Positions 1 through 11,005 of a DNA stretch of 64,000 nt are shown in pieces; the first letter of the stretch is position 1; each line of letters opens with the position of its first letter. The stretch lies in the NCBI GenBank assembly GCA_028534125.1, contig CM052816.1, positions 26,352,001-26,416,000 of the forward strand. The letters are read 5' to 3'. The notes beneath the pieces were generated by a model, which had not been told where the DNA came from, did no database searches, and was given only the letters and a program-made list of their open reading frames with translations. A program made the position numbers and the translations under genes. Source of the DNA: Lama glama (lineage: Eukaryota).

Positions 1-414
1 ACCAGCACTGAGATGATCCATGTAAGATGCACAAAAAAAGATGTAGAATAACCACTGAATAAATTGTAACACTTCTTGCTTATTTATCAACTAAAATTAT
101 TTCCCTCTTGCAACTCTCTCAGTAACCAAAGAAGGAAGCCTACATACCAAGATATCTTTAACTTTTAATATCTTTGTCTTCCGTCCGTGAAATTCTATGA
201 AAGCAATTATATTTTTTAATTTAGCAAATGTTGTCATTATCTTTGTTTCCTCTTTTTAACATTCCAAATTATTCAAGTTCTTCAATTTTGTCACTATTTC
301 CTTTTTTCAGAAAAATTATCAGAAACTTATTAAACACGTATTGTGACCCAAACATTACACTAGATACTAAATACTTTCAATATTGAATGAGACATAGCCC
401 CTTGTCAAATGAAT

Positions 415-551
415 GTGGTGATTCTGTAATGCATCTTCCAAACTAGGACACTTTGAGAATGAAAGAGGGATTTAAAACAATTATCCAATGTTAACTGATT
501 TAAATCGGCAAATCCAGCACTCCCAGTCAAATCCAGATTTAAGGTCACCCT
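415..551 (+). mobile_element. MER94-like hAT-Blackjack non-autonomous DNA transposon
   Basis: CCAAACTAGGACACTTTGAGAATGAAAGAGGG core and terminal GGTCACCCT resemble the recalled MER94 consensus; about 135 bp. Confidence 0.7.
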
Positions 552-859
552 GCTTAAAAGTTGAGTGTCTTTTGGAGAGAAACCAACATGCTAATAAGTA
601 ATCACGATTTAATGAGTTAAAGTTAATAATTCTGGCACCTGTTGGGTGCTATAGAAGCACAATGGAGGAAGGAACTCATCCTCCCTGGAGTGATGAGCTT
701 TCTTAAGCTAGACCTTGTCTTGGTGCAGGGTCAGTTTCTGCACTACCCTGGGTGCACACACTTGCGTGACTTGCTGGTGCAGCCCTAGCATGACTTGCCC
801 TGTTCTTTCAGATGTAGATGAGGTTTAGAAACTCTACACACAGTATTGCTCATGGGACT

Positions 860-1268
860 TGCACTATGGCCAAACTAGAGCTCTGGGGGCTCAAGCCACT
901 CCAGCTGTTACCTGGAACAGTGCAACGTGAGAGAATGATGGGTAGTATACGGATATTAATGCTCCATGGGGGAGAATTAGCCCAGATAGAAACAGTGAAT
1001 GAAAATAGGTTCTTTTTCTTCCTTTCCCACAGACAGTCTTGATATAGAGTATGGCCTCTCTGAGAACCACTGTCACTTTCGAGCGATTAGCTACACCTCT
1101 TATCAGGAGTGACCAGATGGGTAACAGACCCACTCCTTATATGCTTTCCCTTCTTTCCTGCACTGCCCCTTTCCTGTTCCCGCTTTCTTCTGGGATTGTA
1201 CCAAGGCTAAAATATTCCTCTCTGTCTTATTCTTTGTGTTCTGTCCCTGAATAAGCTCAGTAAAGGGG
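860..1268 (+). mobile_element. Ancient ERVL-type LTR remnant (LTR33/LTR16-like)
   Basis: 3' part CTTTCTTCTGGGATTGTAC...TGTGTTCTGTCCCTGAATAAGCTCAG resembles LTR33-family ends; highly diverged. Confidence 0.4.
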
Positions 1269-1561
1269 CAGTAAATTCTGAATGCTCTCCCTTCAGTTTC
1301 ACTTTCAACAATATACTCAGTACCTGTTTTCTCTGAGAAGGTCCTTTACAAGTAGGAAAAGTGTTTATGGTAAATAAACACATTTTCTTTGCATGACTGA
1401 GATCAGTAACTACTGTACGCTCTTTGCTGTGGTGGCACCATGACTGGGTACAGAAGTCTAGTAAAGATACAGATGTAGATGCAGTGGCTGCTCACCCAAG
1501 TCAGTCTGCTGTCTTCCTACAGTTTGCATGTATGTATGTAAATAAGTATGTATGTATGTAT

Positions 1562-2652
1562 TATTTTTTTAAGTTGAAGTTAGTTTGCTATGTGTCAATT
1601 TCTGGCGTACAGCATAACAGTTCAGTCATACATATACATACATATATTCCTTTTCATATTCTTTTTCATTATAGGTTACTACAAGATATTGAATATAGTT
1701 CCCTGTGCTATACAGTATAAATTTGTTTATTCTATATATAGTAGTTAGTATCTGCAAATCTCAAACCCCTGATTTATCCCTTCCCACTGTCTTCCACAAA
1801 TGGAACCTAATTAAACTTTGAAGCTTTTGCACAGCAAAGAAAACCACAAGCAAAACAGAAAGACAGCCTACGGAATAGGAAGAAATATTTGCAAAAGATG
1901 AGACTGATAAGAGTTTAATTTCCAGAATATATCAACAGTTTATACAGCTTAATAAAAAAAAATCCAAAAATGGGGAGAAGACCTAAATAAGCAGTCCTCC
2001 AATGAAGACATACAAATGGCCAAATAGGCACATGAGAAAAAATGCTCAGTACACTAATTATCAGAGAAATGCAAATCAAAACTTCAATGAGGTATCACCC
2101 CACACCAGTCAAAATGGCCATCATTAAAAAGTCCACAAACAATAAATGCTGGAGAGGCTGTGGAGAAAAGGGAACCCTCCTACACTGCTGGTAGAAATGT
2201 AGTTTGGTGCAGCCATTATGGAAAACAGTATGGAGAGTCCTCAAAAGACTGAAAATAAACCTACCATAAGATCCAGCAGTCCCACTCTTGGGCATATATC
2301 CAGAGGGAACCTTAATTCAAAAAGATACATGCACCCCAGTGTTCACAGCAGCACTATTTACAATAGCCAAGACATGGAAAGAACCTAAATGTCCATCGAC
2401 AGATGACTAGGTAAAGAAGTTGTGGTATATTTATACAATGGAATACTACTCAACAATAAAAAAGAATAAAATAATGCCATTTGCTGCAACATGGATGGAC
2501 CTGGAGAATGTCATTCTAAGTGAAGTAAGCCAGAAAGAGAAAGAAAAACACCATATGATATCACTTATATATGGAATCTGGAAAAAAAATACTAATAAAC
2601 TTATTTACAAAACAGAAACAGACTCACATATGTAGAAAACAAACTTATAGTT
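1562..2652 (-). mobile_element. 5'-truncated L1 with 5' inversion (3'UTR on minus at 1562-1790; ORF2 C-terminus and 3'UTR start on plus at 1798-2652)
   Basis: T-tract and antisense L1 3'UTR, then sense ORF2 end (ORF 2420-2635 [38 protein letters not shown]); the two parts are contiguous in L1 coordinates. Confidence 0.9.
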
Positions 2653-4234
2653 CCTGTAGTTTTAGATTTTGGCAAAAAGGAGAGCTGCCAGCACTGGGAG
2701 GCTCCTCCTAGGTCAGTACATGCCATTCTGAAGGATGTTAGCTCTGAAAGAAGCAAATTCAGAAAGCGCCCTCTGGCTTTTGAAATGTGGGTAAAATGTG
2801 ACAGTTAAATATCCCCTGCCCTGGCATCGCAGTCTTCTTGTTCACAGCAGACAATGGTACTGGCTAAAATGTATTTCAGAGATTGGAACTAATGTAGGAC
2901 ATCAAGATTAGGAAAACAGATGTTTAATGTCTGTGTCAATTTGGTGACCATTCCTAAAAACTGCTTTACTCCATTGACAGAGACATCTTTGCTAGAGATA
3001 AATAGCAGAAATTCAGTGTAGACTGATGATACAAGGGTTATGTAATATTTTACTGCTTTAATAACTTGAAATGTATGCCACTTGCATATCTTCAAATGAA
3101 TTTTTTAAAAATTAGGATATGACCTTGAATCACAAGGAATGATTCCTTCTCATATGTTTAATTTTAAGTGCTTGTTAAGCTTCTGAACCTCAAACCTATT
3201 TCCTTTTGTATGAAGTGTGAAAATAATTGCCCTAATGCATTTAAAAATTTTAATTTGGAACAATATGATGAGTGTAATATAATTACACAAAAATAGTATT
3301 TTGTAGACCTAACACAGGCAAAATTTCTTATCAGATATTTGAGAAGCAGGGAATTGGCTCAATTTTTAAATGGAGCTAAGCCTTTTTAATAGCTTCCAAA
3401 CTCATGACCAGCTGTCTGAAAAAGAAGAAGAAAGAAAGAAAAGAAGAGGAATCTTAATGGAAAGAATCAGAAAATTACTTTGAAACCGCAGCTGAGTGAA
3501 GAGACAAATATAGAAAAATAGGAAAAGGAAAGTGGGTATTTGCTTTTAATTAAGCCTAGATCCTCTTCTTGGCTACCTGGTGTCATTTAAGATAAGTCAC
3601 TTAGCTGAGCTCTTTTATTGGTCTTGGGATCTATTTCATTGCTCACTACAAAGTCCAAGGTGGTTTTAATATGATTTATATATCTGTTACTTCAGGGGTT
3701 AACAGCCTCCTAAATTAAATTACTGTTGCCTCACACTGAAATAAAAAAAGGGAGTCCTTTCAGGTAAAATTGCATTCTATTTAAGGGAAATAACTCAGTT
3801 TTTCTTTCCTTTTTTTCAAATGAAATCTTTCCTTCTACAAGTTTCCATCTCTGAAAACAAAGAAGGATAATCAAAAAATTACCTTCTCTGTGATTTCATC
3901 TAAATATTCTTTGCCAGAAATCTCTCTATTTTGAGGTATCCTATAGAGTTTGTCCTAGGCTTGAAGTGTTCTCTATTTCTTTGATAGTGGTTTACAAGTC
4001 AGAAAGAGCGAGTTTAATTTCTTTAATGTGTAATTTCATAATGGAAAGGTTTTTCCCCATGGAAGTTTTGGGAAACTCACCCCAAGACTTGTGTGGCTTT
4101 CCTAAAGAGAAATTTGAAGAGTTTGGGTCATCAACGAATGGGGAAAATAATGTATCTGAGATTCTTTCTGGATTTCCATTTTCATTCTCAAGGGCATAGA
4201 AACATCACTGATGTTGATATAATACCTGGCAGAT

Positions 4235-4318
4235 AAGGGATTCTTGGTAAATGCTGCATACCTAGCACACAATAGATGCTCAAGAAATATTTATTGAACA
4301 TGTGTCCAATGAATGAAC
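4235..4318 (+). mobile_element. L2 3' end fragment
   Basis: CCTAGCACACAATAGATGCTCAAGAAATATTTATTGAA...AATGAATGAA, a typical L2 terminus. Confidence 0.65.
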
Positions 4319-4688
4319 ATAGAGTGAGCAAACATGTAGTGAAGGACTGCCTACAGTTTACCCCTTGCCAGTGTCTCCTTCTAGGTATTCAGTCTCTTAA
4401 TCAGGAAAAAAAGGAACCTAGACGTCACTGTAGAGGACATTCCTGCTGAAGCAAGGAGTCTCAGATGGGCATGTTGCTGTTTAGTTGCTCCTTCAGTTTG
4501 TACCTGTGATGCCTTGTGCTTGTCTTTATGAAGGCTTTTTAGCTTTTCTGTCTTCACCAGAATATACTGAAAAAAAGAGCTTAGGATGGGGTACAGTCTG
4601 TATAAGTTGGATGGTATAGTGACCCATCTTCTTCAAGGTTATAGCCATAAACTTTTAATCTATTTTTCTATCTTGAAAAGTATACACT

Positions 4689-4766
4689 ATGTATGACTGA
4701 AACACTATGCTGTACACCAGAAATTGACACAACATTCTAAACTGACTATACTTCAATTAAAAAAAA
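4689..4766 (+). mobile_element. Very short L1 3' tail insertion with TSD
   Basis: TATGACTGAAACACTATGCTGTACACCAGAAATTGACACAAC plus poly(A); flanked by AAAAGTATACAC and AAAAGTCTACAC. Confidence 0.9.
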
Positions 4767-7049
4767 AAGTCTACACAGTTTTACACTTTGCTGAAGACAA
4801 TCATGAGTGTACTTGGTAATTTATGTAGCTTATTTCATGTATTTTATATAGAAGTATCACCCTTACAATGCTACAATTTGTTTTTCTTCTAAATTCTTCT
4901 TCTAAATTGAGATTTGCTAAGTAGACGGGTGTTGGGTAGGGAGTGTGGGATTGAATTCACTGTGAATCCACATTTCTAGAACTTCTTAAGGGTGTTTTAT
5001 CTTTTGAATATCCAAAGATCTGTAACAAATTAATTACTCATTAAATATTGGTTGAATTAATTACTATTTTTAACAACCAGGTTGAAAGAATTGAAGGAAG
5101 CATTTTTTAAATTGATGACAGGATTCTACTTCAGCCAGATTTTTCTAGGTATTTTTCTTTGTGGATGAAACCCATTTGTTAATTGCTCAGCTTTCTTCTT
5201 AATTTTATCTCTGAAGACAGAACTGAAGTCCTCAGGAATCTTATACTGATAATTAATATTTGCTTAAGTATTTCCACTAAGTATGAAGTAGGTAATTACA
5301 GTGGGTATACATGGACATAATTTGGTTGGTAAATAGAAAAATGATTCTGTTTTCATGATTTCCCATGCTACTGAACTAACCTAGTTTTCAGAGACCAGCT
5401 ACATCTCTTACTGTGAAAATTTTAGTAATCTCCTTATCAAGTTCAGGTTAAAAAGCCTTGCCAGATTTTTATGCACGCTAAAGACATTGATAACACTGAT
5501 ACACTGATGTATTTTTCTACTGTGAGTGGAAAAATGAATGCAAAACAGAGAAATTAACTAACATGATATAGTGGGGAAAACATGAAAAACACCAGATTGG
5601 AAAAAATAGCTGAGCTGATGTTTTCAGTTCCCTTAACAACGAAGTAGGCAACTTGATTAATGGTACAGATTGCAGGCAATTCAGTGGCCACATGAATGGA
5701 CATAAGCAGATCATAATCACCCGACAAATCGTGATCCAAACACTCTGCTTGTGAAATGGGAACAACTGACATTAGCTCTCATGCCTTAGTTGAACCAAAG
5801 CACCCATTACCCTCAAATTAGACCCATAGAGAAAGCAGTTTTTAAAACCTCTAAGACACAGTCTGTTTAAAATACAGTCTTGATCTACTACAGTGTTAGA
5901 AAATAAATTAAGAGTATAAATCGACTTGTAAATAAGAAGTCCTGAGTGGGAAAATACAAACATATTGTCATCAAATTATTGCCGTCTTTCCCAGAAATAG
6001 GTGAATGAGTGCAGTGCTAATTCTGCATCCCTAGTTGCATATTCCATGGCTGTTGTTTGTTTGATCTATTTTTACATTTCCAGCCATTTACTAGAAGCTA
6101 AGGAGACGTATTAATCTTTTTCTCTAACAACTCAACTACGTAGTGTACCAATTGTAGTCTTGAAATAAAAATGAGATAAATGATTTGACATGAATTGTGG
6201 CCTGATAAACCAAGAACACAGATTGCACATGGTAGATGTAATAATGCCTGCCTTGTGTTTAAAATGTATGTTTGCTGGGCTCTTCTGATTTACCATTTCC
6301 TTCATATTGGCATTCTGAAAGAAGTACAGATTACAGTATAAGGAAATTAAATCCAAATTAAATTGCATATTGCTTGTGAAACAAGAATAATGGTGCCAGG
6401 TAACAGTAACATTTTTCTTTTTAGTGTCTTTGAGTCTTTCATGAAGGAAGCACCAAATCTTGCCTGTACACAGTACATTATAGTTATTGTCGATCTTAGG
6501 TGTGAAGCAGTCGTCTCTGCAAGGTTACACAGCACCGTGAGGAGAGTGATACATTTAACTGGATGACCAAGGGCTTTTAGTAAAAGCCTGTGCTTTGTTT
6601 GAGTAAGCCCTGAAAAGAATATGTTAATATAAAAACCTTTGGAAAGAGGATTATTTACCCGTTAAGGGTTTATAAGTAAATTGAATGGGCAATTAAAAAT
6701 TATTGGGAGACCTTTAAAAATATGACAGCAAAACATAACAATATGCCTCATTTACAGTGTCAAACATATAAGACTATATCTTTCATCCTAATTTCTGCAG
6801 AGGACTAAACAATTTTGCCCAGTGAAGGTATGACTTTCTAAAATACCCACTTGGATCCCTGAGTGCCAAACCAGAGTTGTCACTGCATTATTCCATTGAT
6901 ATTTTAGTACATGATTGATAAATACATTTACTACCACTTCCTGCTTCTCTACCCATGCATTGTAAATGATATTGCTAGGAGATCATGACTTTTGCTTCTT
7001 TTTTTTGCAATGAGTCAAACAGCCTCAGCATTCTTCCCAAAACACTCCT

Positions 7050-7215
7050 CCAATTTAATCAGAATCAGCATAGGCTTGAAGGATCAATCCCTGGTTCAAG
7101 ATCATTTATTGTGATCTAGAGAAACTAATTCTTTATACCTCAGCTTCCTCATCTGTTAAAAGGCTAAGAGAGGTTGTGATAAAATATCATGAGCAAAATA
7201 CCTGTATTCAGTATC
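7050..7215 (+). mobile_element. MIR SINE
   Basis: Core CCTCAGCTTCCTCATCTGTTAAAAG...GGTTGTGATAAAAT. Confidence 0.6.
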
Positions 7216-7234
7216 TGTTCAGGAAAACAACACC

Positions 7235-7620
7235 CACTCTGTGTTCCCCAGGTGTAAAGGGTTTTAATATAACAGTTGGAGGCTTTTATTGGAAGAACTG
7301 GAGAAGCAAAACTCCCAAGAGCCACCTTTGATGTTCTCAGCCTGAAGTTAAGATGCAGGTGGTCCTTAAGAGCTCCCTGGAAAGACCTCTGTGAATCTCA
7401 TGTCCTTTTGTGGATCTGGCTGCAAGTGTCTTGGGAGAATAATGCCCATCCTTCCCTCCTATCCCCCATTTTCATGTAAAAACCGCTCATTGGCAAATTC
7501 TAAATTGCAGTAATGGAGGAAAGGGGATTCCAGGAAATGTAGTTTCCAACTTTTCCTCTGTGAGGTGAACTTGCAAAGGGGGACGTAATGGTATGGGATT
7601 AAGCACAGCTAATAGTCAAG
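7235..7620 (-). mobile_element. Old MaLR/ERVL LTR remnant
   Basis: CTCATTGGCAAATTCTAA...GGGGATTCCAGGAAATGTAGTTTCC, a motif typical of old MLT1-type LTRs. Confidence 0.45.
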
Positions 7621-7669
7621 TGCAAACCTCCCACAAAACAGGTACTTTACAGGCATTTCTGTAGGAAGA

Positions 7670-7860
7670 CCATTGTGGTAGAAAAAAACATTGAATTTAT
7701 TGAATTTAGAGTCAGCCCTTTCTGATTATATTGATTTTACTGCTCACTAGCTCAGTGGCTTTGAACAGCTAGCATTATCTCTCTAAGTTTCAAATTCTTT
7801 ACCAGTTATACTTTTATGAAGACTAAATGAGATAATTTGTGAAATGCAGCTTGATTTTGC
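7670..7860 (+). mobile_element. MIR SINE
   Basis: GTGGTAGAAA...TTTAGAGTCAG...CTCACTAGCT...ATGAAGACTAAATGAGATAATTTGTGAAA. Confidence 0.6.
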
Positions 7861-8339
7861 TGTGTAAACACGGTCCATTGCTCTTCCAGATATTTGGCAA
7901 TATACTTAGAATAACATTTACAAAGGGTATTCAAATACTTTATTAGCCTACATTACTATTTTAGTAAATACTTAAGAAAATATTTGGTTACAAAAGTCAG
8001 TGCTACCATTTTTTAAAGTTTTTTTTCAAGCATTAGCTGAATGTTACGAGGCTTAAATCAAAGAGTAGAGATTATCAACCAATAAATAAATATATACTAT
8101 CATGTGGTGACAAATAAAAAGGGAGGCTATTTCCAATAGACTTGTCACCTCCTCTCTGACCTTTGTCTTCTGAAAAGGCAATCTTTGAACAGACACTTAA
8201 ATGAAAATGAGAAACAAAAGCCAGGAGAAGACTTAAAGGGATACATTTCAGAACAAAGACAAGAACAGATGCAGAGATTATGAGCTGAGTATGAACTTGG
8301 AGCACTTGAGGCATAGCACCAATAGATAGAAAGTACTTT

Positions 8340-9500
8340 GGAATTTTACCAAAGTTATTTTATGTTCTCTGTGGATAGTGTATAAGTAGGTATACTTTTT
8401 CTAATTCATCTTTCATTATTTAGTAGAGTTTTACATTTTTTAGTTATTTTACCTGACAATAATTATGTACCCTTTGATAGCTCAGCTGGTAGAGTGGGGA
8501 ACTACACAGGGAATTTTACCTGACAATAATTATTTAAATTTTTCTGACACATTTTAATCAATTTCTGCCTAACGTTTTATTTTTCACATCCATTTTCTGC
8601 TTCATTTTTCCCCTGGCTAAAATATATTTTTTAGTTCTGTAGTGAAACTCTCTTGGTTTTGTGTGTCCACCATTGTTGTTGTTGTTATTCTTCTCCTTCT
8701 CCTCCTTTTCCTCCTCCTGTGATAGCTTAGCTGGGTATAAAAGTGTAGGTTACCAGTTATTTCCTCTCAGCACTTTGAAGATACTATTGAGTATTGTTAA
8801 ATTGTCTTCCAGGTTTGGTTGTTGACGCATGAAAAATTTATCAGTTTAAGAATTATTCTTTGTAGATAAATGGTCTTTTCTTTTTGATAGTTTAAGATTT
8901 TTCTCTTTTCCTTAATATTCTGCTATTTTGAAGAACATGTCTAAATATGAATTTTATTTTTGTGTATCTTTTTTGTCATTCCCAATGAATTTGTAATATG
9001 AAGATTCATGAATTTCTTCAGCTATTTAATGTCTCAGCTACTTATCTTCATATATTGTCTGTGTAATTTCTTCTCTTCCCTTCATTTAGAAATCAATGTG
9101 GGTTTATTTTAGGGCCTCTGAGATTATCCTCTGGCCCTTAATTACTCTTTATTTTATTTATCTCTCTGTAATGCACTTTGAGTGAATTTTTCAGTTTTTA
9201 AAATTCACTAGTTCTGGCTTTGTGACTATTTCAGCATTTGTACAACTTATTGAGACTTTTAGGTTCATTTTTTTATTCCCAAGGTTTCTAATAAGCTTTT
9301 CACATAGCCTTTTTTCATTCTTCATTTCTCCGTATTTTATTTTATAATTTCTTTTTCATATTGGAAAAGTATTCTTATTTTATAGACTGTGAAAGTGCTC
9401 CCTAAAACTAGTTTTGTATGGAATAAATTGCTATTTTAAAGCTGATTTTCTTGGTTGCAAACAGCACTCTTCTTTGACATATTTTCATGATGGATTTGAA
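8340..9500 (-). mobile_element. Ancient L1M (ORF1 and inter-ORF region) remnant
   Basis: GATAGCTTAGCTGGGTATAAAAGTGTAGGTT...TTCCTCTCAGCACTTTGAAGATA is the antisense ORF1 C-terminal motif; strong T-richness. Confidence 0.7.
8467..8512 (+). pseudogene. Tailless retropseudogene of the 5' half of tRNA-Tyr(GTA)
   Basis: 8471-8507 CCTTTGATAGCTCAGCTGGTAGAGTGGGGAACTACAC versus mammalian tRNA-Tyr CCTTCGATAGCTCAGCTGGTAGAGCGGAGGACTGTAG (23/24 at the 5' end); exact 21-bp direct repeats at 8446-8466 and 8513-8533. Confidence 0.85.
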
Positions 9501-10859
9501 GAGAGACCTAACTTCAAGTCCTGGCTTCGGGGAGTAAGACTGGCTTCTGCCTGCCATCACCTGAAGCATTTCTAGACCATGTTAACCTTTCAGGAGCCAG
9601 GATTCTGGCCAACCTGTTCCAGAACCTAGAAAGCACTAAATTACAGTTCTATTACTGCTCTGCATTTTTTCCCACTTCTAGTGCATAGAATTGTTTGCAC
9701 TGTTTTTTGAGCTGAGTTATTTCTAAAGATTTTACCTGCCATTGCTCTGTTTTGGGGAAAGAGGTTATGTGTTTAAGTGTGAACTTGTAGAGCCATCTAA
9801 ACCAGATGGCTTTTGAGACTTAATTAAATGTCTTATGTTTTCATATTTCATCTCTTTCTTCAGAAATTTTAGTAATTCATAGCCATAGATTTCCTTTTGA
9901 ATATATAACATGAACTACAGATATTCTGGGACAGTCTTGATTTAAGCACTTTATTTCAATAAAGAATACACATGCAGTAACTAAATTTGTTTATTATCAT
10001 CACGCTTTGTTCCCCCTAAATATTTCAAATACAGTTATATGTGATTTAAGCTGCATTCCTTCCTTAGAATTTTTAAAATAAATTTAGAAATCAGATTTTT
10101 TGACCGGTCATGTACAGTTCATGTATTTTGGTTCTGCAAAAATAACTTTATTTAAAATCCAAAGCAACTCTACACATCTCTCATGCCTCAGACAATTATT
10201 TTCTCATTCCTCACTCAAGCTTCAGCCCTTCCACAGCAAAATAACCCATTAAATTGAATATTGGAGTGTCTGTTCTTGTAACCTGACTGTACTGAAGTCT
10301 GCCAGTCTTCCCACTTCACCAGTACTGAAGGATTCACCACTGAGAATCATGTAATCAGCCAAACACTGCTTCTAATATCTGGGTTTGAAAACTTATTTAG
10401 GAAAAAAAAATCCATTTTCAATGCAACCCAGGAACCCTTTATGCTAAAATTGTGAAGGATGAAGAGACATTATTTGGGAGCTCTTGGTTGATCCCAGTTC
10501 AGTGTCCTGAAAGAAACAGGAACATGTGAGCAACTTTAATTTGTGCTAAGAAAGATGTCTATCTAATTTGAAGCAAATCCTCTCTTTTATTCCCTGTTTT
10601 TTTCTATATTGAATTAATTAGGCCATTTATAATTTTTTAGAGATAAAAGTTTTCTGAGGCATGGGTATCATTTGGAGTGAAAAAATTGCCTGTTTCAGCA
10701 GTTGATTGTGTAGCAGATTCTGTCAGGCAAGTGGATTAATCTAAAGGAAGAGATTGTCATTTCTATTTTTTTTAATTCTTGAGGTTAACATTAAATTTTA
10801 AAATTTGTTTTTTAAGTTGCTCAAAGTCATAATAATTGGCAACATAAGATCTTAATGAG

Positions 10860-11005
10860 GGGGGAGGGTAATATCTCAGTGGTAGCCTGTGTGCTTAGCA
10901 TGCATGAGGTCCTGGGTTTAATCCCCATTACCTCCACCTAAAATCAGTCAATCAGTCAATCTAATTACCCCACCCCCCAACACCTACCAAAAAAAATTTT
11001 TTTAA
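10860..11005 (+). mobile_element. Camelid tRNA-derived SINE (Vic-1-like)
   Basis: GGGGAGGGTAATATCTCAGTGGTAG (A box)...GAGGTCCTGGGTTTAATCCCC (B box), A-rich tail; TSD ATCTTAATGAG at 10849-10859 and 11006-11016. Confidence 0.9.

Noticed and set aside
3880..4200. Possible minus-strand exons (donors AAG|GTAATT at about 3881 and TGG|GTGAGT at about 4080; open frame IPQNREISGKEYLDEITEK)
   Set aside because: Weak acceptor, no recognisable protein and no supporting neighbouring exons.
8471..8507. Functional tRNA-Tyr gene
   Set aside because: Only the 5' half is present; no B box, T arm or 3' acceptor strand, and the anticodon region is mutated.
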